A stretch of DNA of 64,000 nt, from contig JACQLQ010000001.1 of the NCBI GenBank assembly GCA_016204045.1, positions 257,792-321,791 on the forward strand, in the 5' to 3' direction. Positions within the stretch are counted from its first letter, which is position 1, and each line of letters opens with the position of its first letter. Both the position numbers and the translations under genes were made by a program. The stretch comes from Parcubacteria group bacterium. GTDB taxonomy: Bacteria > Patescibacteriota > Minisyncoccia > Phycocordibacterales > UBA2135. Of this stretch, positions 8,839 through 17,848 are shown in pieces. The notes beneath the pieces are model-generated. The model was not told the origin of the DNA. It did not search any database and saw only the letters and a list, made by a program, of their open reading frames with translations.

Positions 8839-8926
8839 GCGGCAAGAAACCGAATCAGCACAGTAGCAGAAAAGACACCTTAGCCCGAAGGGTGTTTTTT
8901 GTTTGCCGTAGTATATACTTACTGTT

Positions 8927-9508
8927 ATGAACAAAGTACTTGTGTGGATAGTGGCCGCCCTCGCCGTGATCGCGGGTGGTTTTTGGGTCTTGAACGCATA
9001 TATCTATGATGAGAAACAAGTTGTTGCCGCAGCCAATTACAAAGATGCGGAGTATGTCATTGAAGGTGAGCGCGTGACACTCAAGGATGGCGTTTCGGAA
9101 ACCGATATTGAGATAGGCTCGGCTTCGGCGACGGTTACTACCAAGTACTTTGGCAATGAATTAAAAACCGATCTGGACGGAGATGGCCGCGAGGATGTCG
9201 TATTCCTCCTTACACAGAATCGTAGCGGCTCCGGCACCTTCTTTTACGTCGTTGCCGCGCGCAACACCGAAGAGGGGTACGTCGGCTCTGATGGGTATTT
9301 CCTAGGGGACAGGATAGCCCCCCAGACTACTGAAGTGAGTCGGAATCCACGACATAAGTACGTCATTGTCGTAAATTACGCGGATCGTGCAGCTGGGGAA
9401 CCAATGACCGCCCGACCTTCTCTAGGTAAGAGTGCTTACATCAAACTCGACCCAGTATCTATGCAATGGGGCATCGTGGAGCCAAACTTCGAAGGTGAGT
9501 CTCGATAG
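8927..9508 (+). CDS. Membrane-anchored extracellular hypothetical protein
   Basis: N-terminal TM anchor; DLDGDGRED Ca-binding-like loop, GSGTFFY and LGDRIAPQ motifs. Confidence 0.8.
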   Translation: MNKVLVWIVAALAVIAGGFWVLNAYIYDEKQVVAAANYKDAEYVIEGERVTLKDGVSETDIEIGSASATVTTKYFGNELKTDLDGDGREDVVFLLTQNRSGSGTFFYVVAARNTEEGYVGSDGYFLGDRIAPQTTEVSRNPRHKYVIVVNYADRAAGEPMTARPSLGKSAYIKLDPVSMQWGIVEPNFEGESR

Positions 9509-9524
9509 GCAATCCTAAAGAACC

Positions 9525-10577
9525 TTAAGCGCGCCCAGTCCACATCCGCGCTTCCTCCTTGAGCGAACGGTGTATTTCCACCATTGATCCAAGCCACGAC
9601 GTGGTGTGGTAGCGCAGGCCGTGCTTTACGCAAAACTCCCGCACTATTGTTTGTGCTTCCCCGTAGTTGAAGCGCGGCATTGTCGGGAACAAATGATGTT
9701 CGATTTGAAAGTTTAGTCCGCCAAATACATACGATGCAAGCCATGATGAGTGTAGGTTGCGCGTTAGCGTGATCTGGTGCGCCCAATTGAATGTCTCGTC
9801 TTCGTCGAGCATCGCTTCCCCTTTGTGATTGGGTGCAAAAACTACCCCGAGATATGCGCCGATAATGACAAACGCGGTAGTGAGGAAGAGGAGTGCGATG
9901 GGAAGCGGTAGGAAATAGAATGGTAGTCCTATTGTTATGATAAAGTGCGCGGCCATTAACAGAAGCTCGATGATGGATCGAATTGTCATGTTGCTGAAGA
10001 TAAACTTCATACTGTAGGCGATGTTGTAGGGGTATACAAATGCGAGTGCGGGCCAAAACATGATGTGTTGGTAGGGGAATACCCATTTTTTGTAAAAAGG
10101 AGAGCGTCGTGCCGCTTGTGCCCCAGAAAAGACAAACGGGATCTCCAGATCGGGGTCATGGCCAATGTGATTTGGATTTTTGTGGTGAGCGTTGTGCTTA
10201 GAAAACCACCGACTTTCGCTCAGTCCGCCCAAGAGCCCCCATGCAAGCATCCCCCAGAAACGATTTCTCTTGTTGGATGTGAACACTTCCTCGTGTGAGA
10301 GATCGTGCCCAATCATACCAATTTGCACAGAAAAAAAGGAAAACACGAGAGCGTTCACTATTTGGAATACTGCATTGTCGCTCGCTGTAAGAGCGAACAA
10401 GCTCGCCCCGACGCCGAGAATACTGACTCCGCCCGTCAGAGCATAGTGCCAGTAGGTCCGTTTAAACAGACCCCGTTCAGTAACCTCCACAAGGAGCGAC
10501 TGGTAGAGTTCTATAGGAAGAGCCATTTTGTGAGCAGGGGTCGACGGATCGCCTGTTTTAAGGGCTTTTTCACTCAT
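9525..10577 (-). CDS. Membrane fatty acid (acyl-lipid/acyl-CoA) desaturase
   Basis: Three His boxes HDLSH, HNAHH and QIEHH (front-end type), several TM helices. Confidence 0.92.
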   Translation of the reverse strand: MSEKALKTGDPSTPAHKMALPIELYQSLLVEVTERGLFKRTYWHYALTGGVSILGVGASLFALTASDNAVFQIVNALVFSFFSVQIGMIGHDLSHEEVFTSNKRNRFWGMLAWGLLGGLSESRWFSKHNAHHKNPNHIGHDPDLEIPFVFSGAQAARRSPFYKKWVFPYQHIMFWPALAFVYPYNIAYSMKFIFSNMTIRSIIELLLMAAHFIITIGLPFYFLPLPIALLFLTTAFVIIGAYLGVVFAPNHKGEAMLDEDETFNWAHQITLTRNLHSSWLASYVFGGLNFQIEHHLFPTMPRFNYGEAQTIVREFCVKHGLRYHTTSWLGSMVEIHRSLKEEARMWTGRA

Positions 10578-10638
10578 TGCCCGTATTCTACCGCAATCAT
10601 TAGTATATAAAAACACCGTCATGGGACGGCGCTTACGT

Positions 10639-11469
10639 TTAGGTCACATCAGGTGTGACGGTTTCGACTAGGCGAAGCAAGTCGTCGTTTGAATACTTCG
10701 GGCGTTCAATAGTTTGCCAGCCAGTATCCCAGACAGGATTCTCTGCAGGACGTACCATACGGAGCCAGTTTGCGCGCGGTGCGAGTTCTCCAGTGAAGGG
10801 GTTTCTGCGAGTGTAATGTAGTACCTGGCAGTTTTTGATCCTATCATCAGGATCTTTTGAAAGATGGAGATCCCTAAAACGCTGTTGGGAAATTCGCTCG
10901 ATTCTGACGCGAATAGCCCACGTTGTTTCGCCGTGACAAGCCATGAGCACACTCATGTCTCGGCATTCACGATCAAGTGTGTCCAAGACGCGGTCAACGT
11001 GCAAACATTTTTCTGCAAGCGATTGCCCATTAGGGGGTCTCCAAAAGAATGGTTCTTGCTCCTTCATACGGAGCGCCTCACCGAACTTTGCTTGTCGCTC
11101 GTCCTCCGGGAGAGCGTGAATATCGCCCCAGTCACGTTCAGTTAGATACATGTCGCAATGCCACCGAGCGTTCGGGAGTTGGAAAAGGCCACCTGTTTCC
11201 ATTGCACGGAGGTAATCTGACGTATAGCAACGATCAAATCCCCAACCTCTCCACCGCTGTATCTCATTTCCGTAAAATTCTTTGCGGAGCCATTCCCCCG
11301 TGACACGCGCTTGCTCTTTCCCTCGATCTGTCAGTCGAAAGCTCGCAGTGTGGCGTCCCCGTAGCTTATTTGCCGCTTCATTGTCACCCTTTTTCGAGCG
11401 GCGTTTTGCTGCATTGCTTTCAGACTCGGCATGTCGAATAACGACGAGATTCACTGGCAACATATCCAT
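10639..11469 (-). CDS. Histidine phosphatase (phosphoglycerate mutase) family protein
   Basis: VIRHAESESN, LTDRGKEQA, TSDYLRAMET, ERDWG and CHG motifs. Confidence 0.9.
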   Translation of the reverse strand: MDMLPVNLVVIRHAESESNAAKRRSKKGDNEAANKLRGRHTASFRLTDRGKEQARVTGEWLRKEFYGNEIQRWRGWGFDRCYTSDYLRAMETGGLFQLPNARWHCDMYLTERDWGDIHALPEDERQAKFGEALRMKEQEPFFWRPPNGQSLAEKCLHVDRVLDTLDRECRDMSVLMACHGETTWAIRVRIERISQQRFRDLHLSKDPDDRIKNCQVLHYTRRNPFTGELAPRANWLRMVRPAENPVWDTGWQTIERPKYSNDDLLRLVETVTPDVT

Positions 11470-11536
11470 TTCTCCTTCCTCTACCCCGATTGAACTATAA
11501 AGGAGATAGAAAGGTCAAGTGTGGTATACTTCAGCC

Positions 11537-12139
11537 ATGAAAAAGCAGGTCGTTTTTATCCACGGCGGGGACGCATTTAGTTCCTACGAGAAATATCTTG
11601 AGGCGCTTCGCAGTGCCGAGTATGACCCCGTCGTGTACGGGCAGAAGCGTTGGAAACATACGCTTGCCGAACGACTGGGTCCGGATTTTGAAGTATTGGC
11701 TCCCGCAATGCCATGCAAGGATAACGCAAAGTATGTTGAGTGGAAGATTTGGTTTGAGAAAGTACTTCCGTATATCCACGATGGGGTCATCCTCATCGGG
11801 CACTCGTTAGGGGGACTCTTCCTTGCGAAATATCTTTCAGAAAACGAGTTTCCAAAAGAAGTGCGCGCGACATTTCTTGTTGGCGCGGTGTACGACGAAG
11901 ACAGCGACACGCACTCGGTAGGGGACTTCGAGCTTCCGGCATCACTTGAGCATTTTGCAAAACATGGTGGCGACATTTTCCTCTACCACAGTGAAGATGA
12001 CTTCGTCGTGCCTGTCTCTGCGATTGAGAAGTATGGCAAAGCGCTTCCAGACGCTGAGGAGCATATCTTTATCGACCGCGGTCATTTTCTCCAAGAAGAA
12101 TTTCCCGAGCTCATCGAGAAAATCAAAAGTCTCTCCTAA
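11537..12139 (+). CDS. RBBP9/YdeN family alpha/beta serine hydrolase
   Basis: FIHGG, GHSLGG nucleophile elbow, HSEDD and GHF. Confidence 0.9.
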   Translation: MKKQVVFIHGGDAFSSYEKYLEALRSAEYDPVVYGQKRWKHTLAERLGPDFEVLAPAMPCKDNAKYVEWKIWFEKVLPYIHDGVILIGHSLGGLFLAKYLSENEFPKEVRATFLVGAVYDEDSDTHSVGDFELPASLEHFAKHGGDIFLYHSEDDFVVPVSAIEKYGKALPDAEEHIFIDRGHFLQEEFPELIEKIKSLS

Positions 12140-12192
12140 AAGTATTCTCGTATTCTCGGGAATATGAGAATACTTTTATTATTTCTTGTTGT

Positions 12193-12221
12193 TTGACATG
12201 TCCTGATAAAGTGTATATAAT
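12193..12221 (+). promoter_or_regulatory. Consensus sigma70 promoter of nadM-nrtR
   Basis: TTGACA-N17-TATAAT; ATG 8 nt after the -10 (near-leaderless). Confidence 0.85.
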
Positions 12222-12226
12222 ACACT
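12210..12226. promoter_or_regulatory. Putative NrtR operator 1
   Basis: Palindrome AGTGT-ATATAAT-ACACT (GT-N7-AC core) overlapping the -10. Confidence 0.7.
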
Positions 12227-12229
12227 AAC

Positions 12230-12772
12230 ATGATAAATACGCAGGGGAAAAAATACGGTGTTTTCGTGGGGCGCATAAGCCCTCTTCACCACGGTCATGC
12301 GCAAGCCATAGAGGCGATGCTCCAAGACTTTGGGCATGAATGTTCAACTATTGTTATTGGAAGCACCAATGCTCCGATCGCCGAAAAGACCCCTTTTACC
12401 TTTGATGAGCGGAAGAGCTTTTGCGAGGCGATCTTTCCCGAGGTACGCGTGCTTGGATTGCCCGACTTCCACAATAATGAAGCGTGGCTTGCTGCTCTCG
12501 ATCGGCTCCTAGAAGAACAGGGCATAGACCCCAGCTCAACCGTTTTTTATGGAGGGTCAGGACCAGATATCGCTTTTTTCGAGGCTGATGGGAGAAGTGT
12601 GGAGATCGTAGACAGATATGGCGACTCCTCACTTTCTATCTCTGCTACCGACATACGCCAGTTTTTGCGCAGAAAAGAATATGAGAAACTTGATGGACGT
12701 GTCGACCCAAGAATTAGAGAACAGGTAATAGAACTTTTTGAAAAGCGTCGACACGAAATCTATGGGAAATAA
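12230..12772 (+). CDS. nadM: NadM-type nicotinamide/nicotinate mononucleotide adenylyltransferase
   Basis: GRISPLHHGH (HxGH), IVIGS, PFTFDER and ISATDIR motifs; NAD gene context. Confidence 0.8.
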   Translation: MINTQGKKYGVFVGRISPLHHGHAQAIEAMLQDFGHECSTIVIGSTNAPIAEKTPFTFDERKSFCEAIFPEVRVLGLPDFHNNEAWLAALDRLLEEQGIDPSSTVFYGGSGPDIAFFEADGRSVEIVDRYGDSSLSISATDIRQFLRRKEYEKLDGRVDPRIREQVIELFEKRRHEIYGK

Positions 12773-13439
12773 AACGTACAAAAAATATGATTTTGCTGTG
12801 ATCGCGACTGATGTGGCGCTTTTCACCGTACGTGACAATCTTCTTCAGGTGCTTCTTATTAAGATGAAAAAAGAGCCATACACAGGCAAATGGGCAATGC
12901 CCGGCGGCTTGGTGAAGCCGGACGAATCAGTAGACAGCGCTGCTGAACGTGTTTTGCAAGAAAAAGGCGGCATACAGAACGTCTACCTGGAGCAACTGCA
13001 CACCTTTGGTCGTGTTGATCGTGACCCCTTTGGCCGCGTGGTGTCTGTGGCATACACCGCTCTTGTGCCAAGCGCGAAGCTTTCGCTAAAAACGACGGAA
13101 GAATATTCAAACATCGCGTGGTTTCCCGTGAAGAGCGCCCCAGTGCTTGCATATGACCACAAAGAAGTACTTGCGACTGCAGTCGAACGGCTTCGAGCGA
13201 AGCTCGGGTATACAACTATTGCACAAAACCTTTTGCCGAAGGAGTTTACGTTAAGCGAACTCCAAAACATATACGAAGTGGTTTTAGGAAAGAAACTCGA
13301 TAAGCGTAACTTTAGGAAGAAGATACTTGCCGTTGGACTCGTGAAGAGCACAGGAAAAGAGAGGAGGGGAGGGGCAAACCGCCCTGCGGAGCTCTATACG
13401 TTTCAAGCGAAGCAGTTGAAAACGGTTGAGATTCTCTAG
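12762..13439 (+). CDS. nrtR: NrtR Nudix-related transcriptional regulator
   Basis: Nudix domain (WAMPGG, RDPFGRVVSVAY, LAYDH) plus wHTH (FTLSELQNIYE, DKRNFRKK, RPAELY). Confidence 0.93.
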   Translation: MGNKTYKKYDFAVIATDVALFTVRDNLLQVLLIKMKKEPYTGKWAMPGGLVKPDESVDSAAERVLQEKGGIQNVYLEQLHTFGRVDRDPFGRVVSVAYTALVPSAKLSLKTTEEYSNIAWFPVKSAPVLAYDHKEVLATAVERLRAKLGYTTIAQNLLPKEFTLSELQNIYEVVLGKKLDKRNFRKKILAVGLVKSTGKERRGGANRPAELYTFQAKQLKTVEIL

Positions 13440-13445
13440 CCACCC

Positions 13446-13474
13446 TTGACTTCAATGTAAAAGTGTCCCACAAT
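13446..13474 (+). promoter_or_regulatory. Promoter of pncA
   Basis: TTGACT-N17-CACAAT. Confidence 0.55.
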
Positions 13475-13512
13475 CAGGCAAGAAACTTGTATTATTTTTT
13501 TGAACATGGTAA

Positions 13513-13527
13513 GTGTAACTTATACAC
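13513..13527. promoter_or_regulatory. Putative NrtR operator 2
   Basis: GTGT-AACTTAT-ACAC, same arms and spacing as operator 1. Confidence 0.65.
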
Positions 13528-13660
13528 AAACTAATCAGTTAGATAAGAAGTGCGGACGATTGAGCCAGTGAAGCATTGTCTCAATCGCCCGGACTGCTTA
13601 AGGCGTCCGGTCGTGAGGTAGCTCACGAGCCCATTCACACACAACCTAGGGAGACCTCCC

Positions 13661-14218
13661 ATGGCGGACAAGGCACTCATACTTGTCGATGTGCAGAACG
13701 ATTTTTGCCCAGGTGGCTCACTTGCTGTTCCTCGTGGCGATGAAGTGGTTCCGCCGCTCAATCGCATGATTATGTTCGCGGTTGCGCAGGGTTGGGATAT
13801 CGTCGCCTCCCGCGATTGGCATCCGAGGCAGACCAAGCACTTTGCGGAGTTTGGCGGCATCTGGCCGGTACACTGCGTGCAGGGAACACCTGGTGCTGAA
13901 TTCCATTCTGGTCTACACCTGTCCATGAGCTACTCGCAGTTCCAAGTTGTTTCCAAGGGACTTGGTGATGCGGACGATTATTCTGCCTTTGACAGCGGCA
14001 TGAAGCCAGAAGCGAAGCATCTCTACGTTGGCGGACTAGCCACTGACTATTGTGTTCTCGCTACGGTGAGAAGGGCGCTCGAGCTCGGGTATGAAGTGAC
14101 CTTGCTCACTGATGCGTCTCGGGCTGTGGACCTGAAGCCCGGTGATGGTGAGCGTGCTATTGCGGAGATGCAGGCTGCCGGAGCCGTGCTCGCGACTACC
14201 GAAGAAGTGATGGCTTGA
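13661..14218 (+). CDS. pncA: Nicotinamidase/pyrazinamidase
   Basis: VDVQNDFCPGGSLAV, DWH, WPVHCV and GLATDYCV motifs. Confidence 0.96.
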   Translation: MADKALILVDVQNDFCPGGSLAVPRGDEVVPPLNRMIMFAVAQGWDIVASRDWHPRQTKHFAEFGGIWPVHCVQGTPGAEFHSGLHLSMSYSQFQVVSKGLGDADDYSAFDSGMKPEAKHLYVGGLATDYCVLATVRRALELGYEVTLLTDASRAVDLKPGDGERAIAEMQAAGAVLATTEEVMA

Positions 14219-14322
14219 TCTTTGAAGAGCGTAATTTCGTGGAGGATTTCTTCCTCCACTTTTCTATAGAGCACCCGAATCATCGGATGTCCTTAGAGAA
14301 AGATTTTGGCAGAAAGTGTTAG

Positions 14323-14351
14323 TTGACTACGCGGACTTTTTGTGGTAGTTT
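14323..14351 (+). promoter_or_regulatory. Promoter of pncB-nadE
   Basis: TTGACT-N17-TAGTTT with TG extended -10, followed by 5' hairpin ACTGTCTC-TTTT-GAGACAGT. Confidence 0.6.
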
Positions 14352-14423
14352 TCTACGCAGTCAACTGTCTCTTTTGAGACAGTAAGGCAAGCACTTCACA
14401 CAACCCAAAGAGAAGGGGCGAGC

Positions 14424-15725
14424 ATGAACCTACGGCTCGAATATTTTGAGACAGCGGATCAGGAACTTGCTCTTCGGCGTGAGTCACTGGCGGACATCGA
14501 TTTTTACAAATACACGATGGGCCAGTGGATCCTTGAAAATGGCCTCGGCGGGACCGAAGTAACGTTTGAGCTTATTGTCCGCGATCCCAATATCAAGCTT
14601 GCCCAAGTCATTCCCGAAAACGAGCTCCGTGAAGCTCTTGATCGCAAACGTGATCTTCGGCACTTGCCCGTTGAGATCAAGTTTCTCCGCGACATGCAGG
14701 CAGATGGCAAAAACGTTTTTGGGGAGAGATATCTCCAATTCCTTGAACGGTTCCAGCTCCCACCCTATGAGCTAAAGAGGGAAGGAGATCAGTATCACCT
14801 CACTTTCACCGGCAAGTGGATTGAGGTCACCATGTGGGAAACGATTGCGCTCGCAGTTATCTCTGAGCTTTACTACACAAAGTTGGGAGAGGGGCATCTC
14901 ACTACCGATGAATATGTGGCGATGCTCAAGAAAGCGAGCGACAAGTTGTATCGGAAATTAGACAGGATTGCACAGTACCCAGGCATACGCTTCAGTGATT
15001 TTTGCCAGCGTCGTCGGAATAGCTTTATGTGGCAGAAGTTTGCAGTGGGAGTCGCGAAAAGCGCTCTCCCGAAGCAGTTTATCGGGACTTCAAACACCTG
15101 GATGGCGATGCATCATAACGTTCCAGTAGTGGGAACCATGGCTCACGAAATATTCATGGTGCTTGCTGCTCTCGCGCGCTCTGGCGGAGACCTCCGCGAC
15201 TCACAATACCGAGTATTGGCGCGTTGGATGGAACTTTATGGACCCAAATTCCGCGTATTCCTGGCGGACACGTATAGAACACCTGAATTTTTGAAGCACG
15301 CCCCAGCTTGGATTGCCCACCATTATAGCGGCATGCGCCTCGATTCGGGTAATCTGGCACACAATGGGCATCTCTATATCGATTGGCTTAAGGGGCATGG
15401 AGTCGACCCTATGGAGCGATTTGTTGTTCCCTCTGACGGCCTCGATGACGAGGACATGATTCGACTGCACCTGGAGTTTCAGGACAAAATAGACCACTTC
15501 TTTGGCTGGGGCACGCTTTTCGGAAACGATTTTCGTGATTGCGCACCGCCGTCACTCATCGGGTTCAGACCGTTCTCGGTGGTCTGCAAGGTGACCAGAG
15601 TTGCTGGTAGGCATGCAGTCAAACTCTCCGACAATAGGGGCAAGGAGACAGGCCCCAAGATAGAGGTCGACCGTTACAAAGGGACTTTCGGTATCCAGGA
15701 CGTAAATACACAACCGATTGTGTGA
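14424..15725 (+). CDS. pncB: Nicotinate phosphoribosyltransferase
   Basis: DFYKYTM, GTSN, GTMAHE (phospho-His), RLDSG, SDGL and VKLSDN motifs. Confidence 0.95.
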   Translation: MNLRLEYFETADQELALRRESLADIDFYKYTMGQWILENGLGGTEVTFELIVRDPNIKLAQVIPENELREALDRKRDLRHLPVEIKFLRDMQADGKNVFGERYLQFLERFQLPPYELKREGDQYHLTFTGKWIEVTMWETIALAVISELYYTKLGEGHLTTDEYVAMLKKASDKLYRKLDRIAQYPGIRFSDFCQRRRNSFMWQKFAVGVAKSALPKQFIGTSNTWMAMHHNVPVVGTMAHEIFMVLAALARSGGDLRDSQYRVLARWMELYGPKFRVFLADTYRTPEFLKHAPAWIAHHYSGMRLDSGNLAHNGHLYIDWLKGHGVDPMERFVVPSDGLDDEDMIRLHLEFQDKIDHFFGWGTLFGNDFRDCAPPSLIGFRPFSVVCKVTRVAGRHAVKLSDNRGKETGPKIEVDRYKGTFGIQDVNTQPIV

Positions 15726-15835
15726 AGATTCAAATCAAAATCGGGGAAGCCAAGTGTTTCCCCATCTTATAGAGTACCCGAAGCGATTCGGATGCTCTTA
15801 AAGATTCGCACCTCTCACAACCAAAAGGGCGCGCT

Positions 15836-17794
15836 ATGCGACTCATCAAAATCGGCATCGGAAACATAAATACCACCGTAGGAGCGTTCGTGTCGAATAC
15901 CGACCTGCTCCTACAAAGGGGGAGGGAGATGGCAGAGGCGGAATGCACCGTCGGGTGCTTCCAGGAGCTCTCCATCGGTGGTTATCCGGCCGAGGATTTG
16001 GTGCAGTGGCGGCATTTTGTCTCTGGACAATGGGAAGCCCTCAATAGATTTGCCAAAGCAACGACGAGTTTTGGTTTGGGGTTTCCCACCGTGTTCGTCA
16101 TCGGCGTGGTTGTCTCTTTCGAGGGGCAGCTCTACAACGCTGCGGCAGTCGTTTCCCGCGGGAAGATATGGGGCATTGTCCCGAAAGAAAAGCTTCCCAC
16201 CTATGGGGTGTTCTACGAGGGCAGAGTGTTTGCACCGGGGACACCGCATCTTTCGGGCAAAGTCGACTGGATTCCTTTTGGCGACCTCATCTTCAAAACC
16301 TCCTTTGGCACATTTGCCGTCGAGGTGTGCGAGGATATGTGGTCTCCTGATGGCCCCATGCGTCGGCGTTCGATGTCGGGCGCAGAGCTTGTCGTCAATA
16401 TTTCCGCATCCCCGTTTCGCGTTGGTGTACTCGAAACACGCCGCGAGATGATCGCGACGCGTGCCGCGGACAACCAAGTGACCGTGGTGTATGCGAACCA
16501 CATTGGCGGCAACGACGCGCTTGTCTTTGACGGTGGTGGTTTTGTAAACCAAAACGGGACTATGCTCTGCGAGGTGCCGCGATGGAAAGAGGGGGTTACG
16601 ACCCAGGTTGTTGACCTCGACAGGACAGCACGTCTACGCACCGAGAATACGACATGGCGCACTGACCGAGAGCACTACTTCAAGACGAATCAGAGGGTCA
16701 AAGAAGTAGAGATCCTCGGTGCTCCGCAGCCGAACCAACCTTTGTACCAGTATCCTGTACCCAAAAGCAAGAATTTCTTCATCCCTGATTTTGATTCGGA
16801 AAATCGTCGCGAAAGACATTTCGAAGATTTGATCCAGGCGATGATCATGGGTCTCGATTATTTCGACAAGACGAAGGCGTTTCAGAGGATTGGCATTGCG
16901 CTCTCCGGTGGCAAGGATTCTGCGTTGACGCTCATCATCGCATGGCTCTATGCCCTTAAGAAATTTGGTGGCGACAGAGAACGTGCACGCGCGTTCATTC
17001 ACTGTTTTAGCATGCCCACACGGTTTAATTCGGAGGGCACGAAGACGATCGCCTCTGAACTTGCGCGAGAGCTCGATGTGACATTCAAGGAAGTTTCCAT
17101 TGCCGAAGCATTTGAGCGCGAGTGTGAGGCGGCAAAGGCGATGCTTGCTGAAGGAGAGGAACTCTCTCCCACAACAATCCAAAACATCCAGGCAAGAATT
17201 CGTGCCACGAGGATGTGGAATTGGGCAAACAGTGTAGGCGGTCTCTTTCTTCAGACGGGGAATATGTCAGAGAAGGCGGTCGGGTACACCACGATTGGAG
17301 GGGATCTTTCGGGTGGGTATTCTCTCATCGGGAACCTCCCAAAGACGGTGGTCATCGAACTTCTTCGCTATATGAAAGAGAGCTTCGGTCTCGTCTCGCT
17401 CGGAGCACTCCTTGAGACGAAGGCCTCTGCCGAGCTTGCTCCTAATCAATTCGACGAAGATGATTTGATGCCATTCCCAGTTCTCGATGCGTGTTTCGCG
17501 CTCTTTGCGGGGGAAAAGCTTTCACCGAAAGAGCTTTATCTCGTACTTCGCTCCATGTGGAGTGATGAAGAGTTGGAGGCGATGGCTCCGCGCTACAAAG
17601 AGGGCATGCTTAAGGAGTGGGTCAAGCGGTTTGTAAAGCTCTTTAGCCAGTCGATCTTCAAGTGGGTGCAAGCACCACAGGCGGTGCACCTTGGCACGCT
17701 TGACCTCGATCGCGAACGTGCGCTCCAGCTCCCCGTAGTGCATTCAAACGAATGGCTCGAGGAGTCGCTTAAAGAGATTGATGTTCTTTTGTAA
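15836..17794 (+). CDS. nadE: Glutamine-dependent NAD+ synthetase
   Basis: Nitrilase-like domain (FQEL, PKEKLPTY, CEDMW) plus synthetase domain (SGGKDS, NIQARIR, TGNMSE, SAEL). Confidence 0.96.
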   Translation: MRLIKIGIGNINTTVGAFVSNTDLLLQRGREMAEAECTVGCFQELSIGGYPAEDLVQWRHFVSGQWEALNRFAKATTSFGLGFPTVFVIGVVVSFEGQLYNAAAVVSRGKIWGIVPKEKLPTYGVFYEGRVFAPGTPHLSGKVDWIPFGDLIFKTSFGTFAVEVCEDMWSPDGPMRRRSMSGAELVVNISASPFRVGVLETRREMIATRAADNQVTVVYANHIGGNDALVFDGGGFVNQNGTMLCEVPRWKEGVTTQVVDLDRTARLRTENTTWRTDREHYFKTNQRVKEVEILGAPQPNQPLYQYPVPKSKNFFIPDFDSENRRERHFEDLIQAMIMGLDYFDKTKAFQRIGIALSGGKDSALTLIIAWLYALKKFGGDRERARAFIHCFSMPTRFNSEGTKTIASELARELDVTFKEVSIAEAFERECEAAKAMLAEGEELSPTTIQNIQARIRATRMWNWANSVGGLFLQTGNMSEKAVGYTTIGGDLSGGYSLIGNLPKTVVIELLRYMKESFGLVSLGALLETKASAELAPNQFDEDDLMPFPVLDACFALFAGEKLSPKELYLVLRSMWSDEELEAMAPRYKEGMLKEWVKRFVKLFSQSIFKWVQAPQAVHLGTLDLDRERALQLPVVHSNEWLEESLKEIDVLL

Positions 17795-17848
17795 ATTGTG
17801 TGTGGCGGTCGCGCTTGTGCGCACCGCCACTTTTTGTTATAGTGGGAC

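Noticed and set aside
12138-12178. Palindrome AAAAGTATTCTC..GAGAATACTTTT as an operator
   Set aside because: Position right after a stop codon, G-U-compatible stem and T-run fit an intrinsic terminator
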